Assembly (NCBI GenBank): GCA_963798135.1 | Contig: CAWCSI010000007.1 | Coordinates: forward strand, 27,290-91,289 | Origin: Candidatus Bathyarchaeota archaeon | GTDB taxonomy: Archaea > Thermoproteota > Bathyarchaeia > Bathyarchaeales > Bathycorpusculaceae | DNA: 64,000 bases | Direction: 5' to 3' | Part shown: positions 58,351-64,000 of the stretch, piece after piece | How the letters are laid out: every line of letters starts with the position of its first letter | Position numbering within the stretch: the stretch's first letter is position 1 | Notes under the pieces: generated by a model | Seen by the model: only the letters and a program-made list of their open reading frames with translations | Databases searched by the model: none | What the model was told of the DNA's origin: nothing | Made by a program: the position numbers and the translations under genes

Positions 58351-59712
58351 TTGTCACATGAAATCTTAAGGGATATAGAGCAAGAAATAACAAATTTACT
58401 ATCTGATTTGATCCAAATAAACACCACTAACCCTCCAGGTAATGAAACACATGCAGCAACATACATAGCAAAGTACCTTGCGAAGGAAGGGTTCACATCT
58501 GAAATTATTGAGTCAGCGCCTGGACGAGGCAGTTTAATCACTCGATTGAAAGGATCAGGAGAAAAACCAAACTTACTTCTATTATCACATTTGGATGTGG
58601 TTGCAGCTAATCCCAAAGAATGGAGTGTACCCCCATTTGAAGGCAAAGTAGTAGATGGCTATGTCTTTGGCAGAGGCGCCTACGATATGAAATGCATGAC
58701 GGCGATCGAAATATTAGTCATGAAACTTTTAAAGAAAAACAATGTTCAGCTAAAAGGCGATGTGGTTTTGGCCGCTACGGCTGATGAGGAACAAGGCGGC
58801 GAAGAAGGCGTAGGCTATTTGTTGAGAAATCACAAAGAAAAAGTTTGGTGCCCCTACGTTATCAATGAAGGCGGCGGCTTAGCTTTCCCTTCAAAAAGTG
58901 GTTACGTGTTTCCTGTGCAGACTGCTGAAAAAGGAATTCTGTGGCTCAAAATAAAAGCAAAAGGAACCCCAGGGCACGGATCGAAACCTCACATGGCAGA
59001 CAACGCCGTAATGCGCATGAATAAAGTCGTTGATGTACTGGGAAACTATCAAGCAGAAACCTCATACGTGCCAACCCTAAAGCAGTTCCTTGCCGAAATG
59101 GGAAAGCATGACCCAGAACTCAACGCGGTTTTTACACGTTTGCTTGCTAATCCCTTGAAAAGTGAGCAAATTCTTGACGAGTTAGCAAAAAAAGATAGCG
59201 CATTGGCAGAAGAAATTAGGCCAAGAACCAAAATGACCATCGCTCCGACCATGATTCATGGCGGTGTCAAAGAGAACATTATTCCCTCAGATTGCGAAGC
59301 GGTGTTTGACTGCCGTATTCTTCCAGGGCAAGATGTGAACGAAACATTTAATTTAATAAAAGATTTGCTCAAAGAGGTTGGCCTAGAAAAGCTAAGCTTT
59401 GAGTTTATCCAAAAACATGATGGTTCAGAATCAACCACCCAAACAACACTTTACAAGACAATCACAAGTGTTCTACAAGAATTTGAGCCGAACTGTGGAA
59501 TCACACCAACCATGACAACTGGCGGCACAGACTCTCGCTTTTTCAGAGAGGCTGGCAGCGTATGTTACGGGTATCAACCTATGATTCCAGATGAACCAAA
59601 TGATCAATTAGAAAAACGAATGCACGGAATTGACGAGCGAATAACAATTGAAAACCTTGTTTACGGAACAAGCATACTTTATGAAACCGTGAAAAGATTC
59701 ATGACGATTTGA
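58351..59712 (+). CDS. M20 family metallopeptidase/deacylase
   Basis: TTNPPGNE, SHLDVV, GRGAYDMK, ADEE, NEGG, GHGS, GGTD, MHGIDE. Confidence 0.93.
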   Translation: MSHEILRDIEQEITNLLSDLIQINTTNPPGNETHAATYIAKYLAKEGFTSEIIESAPGRGSLITRLKGSGEKPNLLLLSHLDVVAANPKEWSVPPFEGKVVDGYVFGRGAYDMKCMTAIEILVMKLLKKNNVQLKGDVVLAATADEEQGGEEGVGYLLRNHKEKVWCPYVINEGGGLAFPSKSGYVFPVQTAEKGILWLKIKAKGTPGHGSKPHMADNAVMRMNKVVDVLGNYQAETSYVPTLKQFLAEMGKHDPELNAVFTRLLANPLKSEQILDELAKKDSALAEEIRPRTKMTIAPTMIHGGVKENIIPSDCEAVFDCRILPGQDVNETFNLIKDLLKEVGLEKLSFEFIQKHDGSESTTQTTLYKTITSVLQEFEPNCGITPTMTTGGTDSRFFREAGSVCYGYQPMIPDEPNDQLEKRMHGIDERITIENLVYGTSILYETVKRFMTI

Positions 59713-59914
59713 AGAAACATCATTATCAAAGAAGAAGGTTGAAAGTTTCTCCCTCTTCGATGATCTCAAGCTAATTGGTCAAAATAAGTTCAAAAAAACG
59801 TTTGCTGAATCAAAACAAAATTGTAATGCCTACATTTGGGTAGGTTTGTTTCTTCTGTGGGAACTAAATCGATAGGCATTTAGGGTTGAAAATAAGTATT
59901 ATTGGAAACGGTCG

Positions 59915-61204
59915 ATGTTTATGGTGCTACAAAAAATAAGCAAAGTATTAGAAGGATGCTGCCCTGACCAAAAAGTAACAGTTCGCGGCTGGGTTTACCG
60001 TAAACGTGAAGGAAAAGAGCTTATTTTCCTAGTCATCCGAGATTCAACAGGATTTATCCAATGTACAGTAAAAAAAGTCAGCCTAGCCTGGACTGATGCT
60101 CAGCGTTTAACAATTGAATCCTCGCTAACGCTTGAAGGCGTAGCTAAGGAAGACAAACGTGCACCTGGCGGCTACGAAATCAGCACAGAAAACATCACAA
60201 TTATAGGTTTAGCGGAAACCTTCCCAATTGCGAAAGATAAGAGTGAAGAATTCATTCGTGATATGCGTCATCTATGGCTTCGAAGCCGCAAAATGAACTT
60301 AATGATGAAGGTTCGAGCTGACGTGCTCGAAGCATCACGCCAATACTTCAAACAGCAAGAGTATACTGAAGTTTCGCCGCCAATGTTTATTTCAGCGGCT
60401 GTTGAAGGTGGGTCAACACTTTTCGGCTTGAAATATTTCGACCAAGACCTATACCTAACGCAGAGCAGCCAGCTTTACCTTGAAATCCTAATTTACTCGC
60501 TAGAAAACGTCTATTGCATTGCACCCTCGTTCCGGGCTGAGAAAAGCAGAACAATCAGGCACTTAACCGAATACTGGCACATGGAGGGCGAATGGCCCTT
60601 TGCCGATATGAATGACCTCATGAAGTTTGAAGAAGGCTTAATGACCCATGTTTGCCAAACCATTGGCAACACCTGCCAAAAAGAATTCTCTGAACTTGGT
60701 GCCGACATTAACAAGCTCAAAACGGTGCAGACTCCGTTTCCACGCATAACCTACGCTGAAGCCATCGACAGGTTAAAGCTGAAAAATCCAGCCTTAAGCT
60801 GGGGATCAGATTTGGGTTATGAGGACGAGAAGGTTTTGGCTGAAGACTTCGGCAAACCCTTCTTCGTTTATGATTACCCAACAGCAATTAAAGCGTTTTA
60901 CTGTAAAACTTACAAAGAGCATCCAGAAATTGCAATGTCAGTTGACATGATGGTTCCACGCATTGGCGAAATCAGTACGGGCGGCGCAAGAGAAGAAAGC
61001 AAAGATATGCTTATTGAACGTATGAAAGCACAAGGTTTGAAGCCTGAAGAGTATGAATGGTATCTTGACCTAAGACGTTATGGAACCGTACCGCATGTTG
61101 GCTTTGGCATGGGCGTAGAAAGACTGCTCACATGGATGCTGGACTTAGACAACATCCTAGACGCCATACCTTTCCCAAGAACTACCCGCAGATTCTATCC
61201 ATAA
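59915..61204 (+). CDS. asnS: Asparagine--tRNA ligase
   Basis: OB fold VRGWV; RHLWLRS; EGGSTLF; FRAEKSRT.RHLTEYWH.E; YLDLRRYGTVPH.GFG.G.ER. Confidence 0.93.
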   Translation: MFMVLQKISKVLEGCCPDQKVTVRGWVYRKREGKELIFLVIRDSTGFIQCTVKKVSLAWTDAQRLTIESSLTLEGVAKEDKRAPGGYEISTENITIIGLAETFPIAKDKSEEFIRDMRHLWLRSRKMNLMMKVRADVLEASRQYFKQQEYTEVSPPMFISAAVEGGSTLFGLKYFDQDLYLTQSSQLYLEILIYSLENVYCIAPSFRAEKSRTIRHLTEYWHMEGEWPFADMNDLMKFEEGLMTHVCQTIGNTCQKEFSELGADINKLKTVQTPFPRITYAEAIDRLKLKNPALSWGSDLGYEDEKVLAEDFGKPFFVYDYPTAIKAFYCKTYKEHPEIAMSVDMMVPRIGEISTGGAREESKDMLIERMKAQGLKPEEYEWYLDLRRYGTVPHVGFGMGVERLLTWMLDLDNILDAIPFPRTTRRFYP

Positions 61205-61332
61205 CTTTCTTTTTCTCTCTTCACGCAGGTTCATCTTTTTGTTGACTGTTTTAGTTAATTAACTTAGACCTTTCCGCACTCATAGGTAGCCATATTCTTA
61301 GCGATCTAAATTGCAAGCTATATTCAAGGCGA

Positions 61333-62043
61333 TTATGGGTAACCTGTAAAATACTCCTTTTTCAACTGAGTATTCGGCAATCCCAAGCTTTCAATGATAT
61401 TTTCCATTGCTTTAACCATAGGCGGGGGACCACATGTAAAGAATATCGTTTCTTTGTAGTCGGGCAACGTTTTCTTAATCATGTCTCCAGTGATTATGCC
61501 AATTTCCCCTTTCCATTCATTTGAAGGCTGGTTGATAATGCAAACCATTTTTAAATTTTTGTTTTCATTTTGCATGCTTTCAAATTCTTCTCTGAATGCA
61601 ATATCTCCTTCAGTACGGCATCCGTAGAAAAGCGTAATTTTTGCATCCAGCTGTTTGTCGGTGGCATTTTTGCATATGCTCACGAACGGAGTTATTCCTA
61701 TCCCTCCAGCAAGCAAAGCGATTTTGGGGTATTCTCCTTCAAAGGTGAATTGTCCATAAGGAGCATCTATAAGTGCCCAATCGCTGACCTTCGCTGCTTT
61801 TAGGGCCAAGGAATATTCGTGGTCTGTAAATTTTTTGGTAAATTCAATATGTTCTTTTTCTGTTGGGCTGCTGCTGAAGCTGAAATGATGTGTCAACTCT
61901 TTGTTTTCCTGTTTTATGGTTATCATAAAATATTGGCCTGGTTTGTAAGTTAATTCTGAAGGTCTGGGAAATCGGTAGCTAGTTACGTCGGTAGTTCGTG
62001 GTATAATCTCTGTGATTTTTGTTTCAAACTTCATAAATATCAA
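61333..62043 (-). CDS. FNR-like FAD/NAD(P)-binding oxidoreductase
   Basis: YKPGQY, FSFSSSP, APYGQF, AGGIGITPF, CGPPPM. Confidence 0.92.
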   Translation of the reverse strand: MIFMKFETKITEIIPRTTDVTSYRFPRPSELTYKPGQYFMITIKQENKELTHHFSFSSSPTEKEHIEFTKKFTDHEYSLALKAAKVSDWALIDAPYGQFTFEGEYPKIALLAGGIGITPFVSICKNATDKQLDAKITLFYGCRTEGDIAFREEFESMQNENKNLKMVCIINQPSNEWKGEIGIITGDMIKKTLPDYKETIFFTCGPPPMVKAMENIIESLGLPNTQLKKEYFTGYP

Positions 62044-62209
62044 ATCGCTCTTAAGAAAATGTAGGTTCTAGTATAATTTATTCGTTACAATAAACTTTAC
62101 GCTGAAAGTGTCAAATATATATTAGGTAAACATGGGAAGGCACCGTAAAGCTTTAAAATAAAACGATGTCATTGAAGGGATAAAACATTAATCGGAGCAA
62201 CAAAAACAA

Positions 62210-62812
62210 ATGAGTAATGATAATCTATTAGCAAAATTGGCAAACCCCGCACCACTAGGACTTCTTGGCTTTGGCTTAACAACTGTTCTTCTTAACTTGG
62301 TAAACGCAGGCGTTATCCCATTGGATACCGTGGTTTTAGCTATGGGCATCGCATACGGCGGAATTGCACAAATTATCGTTGGCGCAATGGAATTCAGAAA
62401 AGGCAACACTTTCGGCACTGTAGCTTTCTTATCCTATGGCTTATTCTGGTGGAGTCTCGTTATGATATTACTTTTACCAAAGATACCTGAATTCTCTGCT
62501 TTCGCGCCTTCTTCATCTTCACTTGCAGCTTACTTCATAATGTGGGGCATCTTTACCTTCGGCATGTTCTTTGGAACATTAAAAGCTAATCGCGCTTTAC
62601 AATTCGTATTCGGCAGCTTAACTCTCCTGTTCTTCATGTTAGCATTAAGAGAAATAACTAACAACTTTGGTCAAACAGGGTCCATCACATTCAACACATT
62701 CGTAGGCATCGAAGGCGTCATAGTTGGCTTAAGTGCAGTGTATCTTGGTATTGCTGAAGTTCTAAATGAAACGCACCACAAAACCATCTTGCCAATTTAT
62801 CCAGTAAGCTAA
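62210..62812 (+). CDS. satP: Acetate uptake transporter (SatP/YaaH/Gpr1 family)
   Basis: [30 protein letters not shown]. Confidence 0.93.
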   Translation: MSNDNLLAKLANPAPLGLLGFGLTTVLLNLVNAGVIPLDTVVLAMGIAYGGIAQIIVGAMEFRKGNTFGTVAFLSYGLFWWSLVMILLLPKIPEFSAFAPSSSSLAAYFIMWGIFTFGMFFGTLKANRALQFVFGSLTLLFFMLALREITNNFGQTGSITFNTFVGIEGVIVGLSAVYLGIAEVLNETHHKTILPIYPVS

Positions 62813-62907
62813 AAAACAACTATTTTCTTTTTTTATTTTCTGTTAAATCAAGTGAAAAACTTATATGCTCTACGCCTTATGATTTCGAACAGTTTAGGTT
62901 GAGGAAA

Positions 62908-64000
62908 ATGACAGAAGCTAGTTTACCCTTCAACGAAAGGTATTATCCAAGTATTGCCAAGATTTCTAACGGCGAAAAAAGAAAAGAAGAATCCGAAAAA
63001 GCCCTAAAGAACCCGCAAGAATACTGGTCTGAAAAAGCAAAAGCCATTGATTGGTATAAGCCATTCAGTAAAGCCCTTGACGATTCAAACCCGCCATTTT
63101 ACAAGTGGTTCCCCGATGGAGAACTAAACATCTGCTACAACGCCATAGACAGACACATAAAAGGCCCACGAAAAAACAAGCTTGCCTACATATGGGAAGG
63201 CGAAATGGGCGAAGTAAAAACTTACACTTACTATCAATTATACCGAGAAGTAAACAAACTTGCAAAAGCCCTAAAAGACTTCGGCGTCAAAAAAGGCGAC
63301 CGTGTAGCAGTTTTCCTTCCAGTTATTCCAGAGTTGCCAATCACATTGCTTGCAACTGCAAGAATAGGTGGAATCCACACTGTTGTCTTTTCAGGTTTTA
63401 GCGCAGAAGCATTAGCTGACAGAGTAAATGACTGTGGAGCAAAAATATTAGTTACCGCAGATGGTTCTTTCCGAAGAGGAAAACCAGTTGGCATCAAAGA
63501 CAATGCAGATCGTGCAACACCACTTATGCCAAACATCGAAAAAGTAATTGTTGTTAAACGTACAGGTCAAGCTGTTCAGATGAAAGAGGGCAGAGACGTT
63601 TGGTATCATGACGCTCTTGCAAACGCCGGTGCAAATGCCTATGTAGAACCAGAAAGCATGAAATCCACCGACCCATTGTTCATTCTGTACACTTCAGGAA
63701 CCACTGGCAAACCAAAAGGTGTTCAGCACGGCATAGGCGGATATCTTGTTTGGGCTTATTGGACTATGAAATGGGCTTTTAACCCAACAGAGGAGGACAT
63801 TTACTGGTGCGTTGCAGACATAGGCTGGATTACTGGACACACATACAACGTTTATGCACCATTAAGCCACGGAATGACCGCTTTTCTATTTGAAGGCACA
63901 CCAGACTACCCAGGACAAGACCGCTGGTGGCAAATGATCGAAACCCACGGCGTAACCATCCTTTACGGAACACCAACCGCTGTCCGCATGTTCATGAAAT
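62908..64000 (+). CDS. acs: Acetyl-CoA synthetase (AMP-forming), 3'-partial at the window edge
   Basis: ATG 62908; KWFPDGELN.CYNAIDRH, ARIGG.H.VVFSGFS, LYTSGTTGKPKG, DIGWITGH. Confidence 0.92.
   Translation, partial: MTEASLPFNERYYPSIAKISNGEKRKEESEKALKNPQEYWSEKAKAIDWYKPFSKALDDSNPPFYKWFPDGELNICYNAIDRHIKGPRKNKLAYIWEGEMGEVKTYTYYQLYREVNKLAKALKDFGVKKGDRVAVFLPVIPELPITLLATARIGGIHTVVFSGFSAEALADRVNDCGAKILVTADGSFRRGKPVGIKDNADRATPLMPNIEKVIVVKRTGQAVQMKEGRDVWYHDALANAGANAYVEPESMKSTDPLFILYTSGTTGKPKGVQHGIGGYLVWAYWTMKWAFNPTEEDIYWCVADIGWITGHTYNVYAPLSHGMTAFLFEGTPDYPGQDRWWQMIETHGVTILYGTPTAVRMFMK

Noticed and set aside
491-63536. Numerous 60-150-aa antisense or shadow ORFs in the track (e.g. 491-739, 27091-27417, 57705-58166, 63105-63401)
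   Set aside because: They overlap well-supported genes on the opposite strand or in another frame and have no motifs of their own.

Overview
Archaeal chromosomal window, most consistent with Bathyarchaeia. This is an inference from archaeosine TGT, DGGGP synthase, Snf7/CdvB, SmAP3-type Lsm, PEF-CTERM surface proteins, AsnRS, many TTG starts and AT-rich TATA promoters. No rRNA, tRNA, CRISPR array, integrase or transposase was seen. Layout: 0-12.5 kb is accessory (surface proteins, three toxin-antitoxin loci, a PAS histidine kinase, UbiA plus regulator). 12.6-26 kb is a membrane/envelope cluster (ABC system, GT-C-like protein, split DUF1616, DUF4129/DUF4350/MoxR/DUF58). 26-35.7 kb holds core genes. 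35.8-40.9 kb is a micro-ORF island with four paralogous ~70-aa proteins and several unannotated Zn-binding microproteins. 41-47.7 kb has htrA, purA, a head-to-head RHH pair and a CDF transporter. 48.9-56.3 kb encodes an ATP-dependent low-potential reductase operon, the strongest candidate for an undescribed system: a double-cubane-cluster (DCCP)-like protein sits with Bzd-type benzoyl-CoA reductase activase subunits P and Q, a BzdM-like ferredoxin and membrane redox proteins, with no BzdN/O. 57.7-64 kb has an Lrp regulator, M20 peptidase, asnS, satP and a partial acs. Single-base frameshifts in housekeeping genes before ~45 kb are most likely sequencing or assembly indels. Several non-coding signals were also found: a TTGCTTGA-N13-TATA promoter motif, a 10-bp-phased TGACG array and tandem hairpins with a conserved loop. 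All family assignments are from motif recognition, not database searches.
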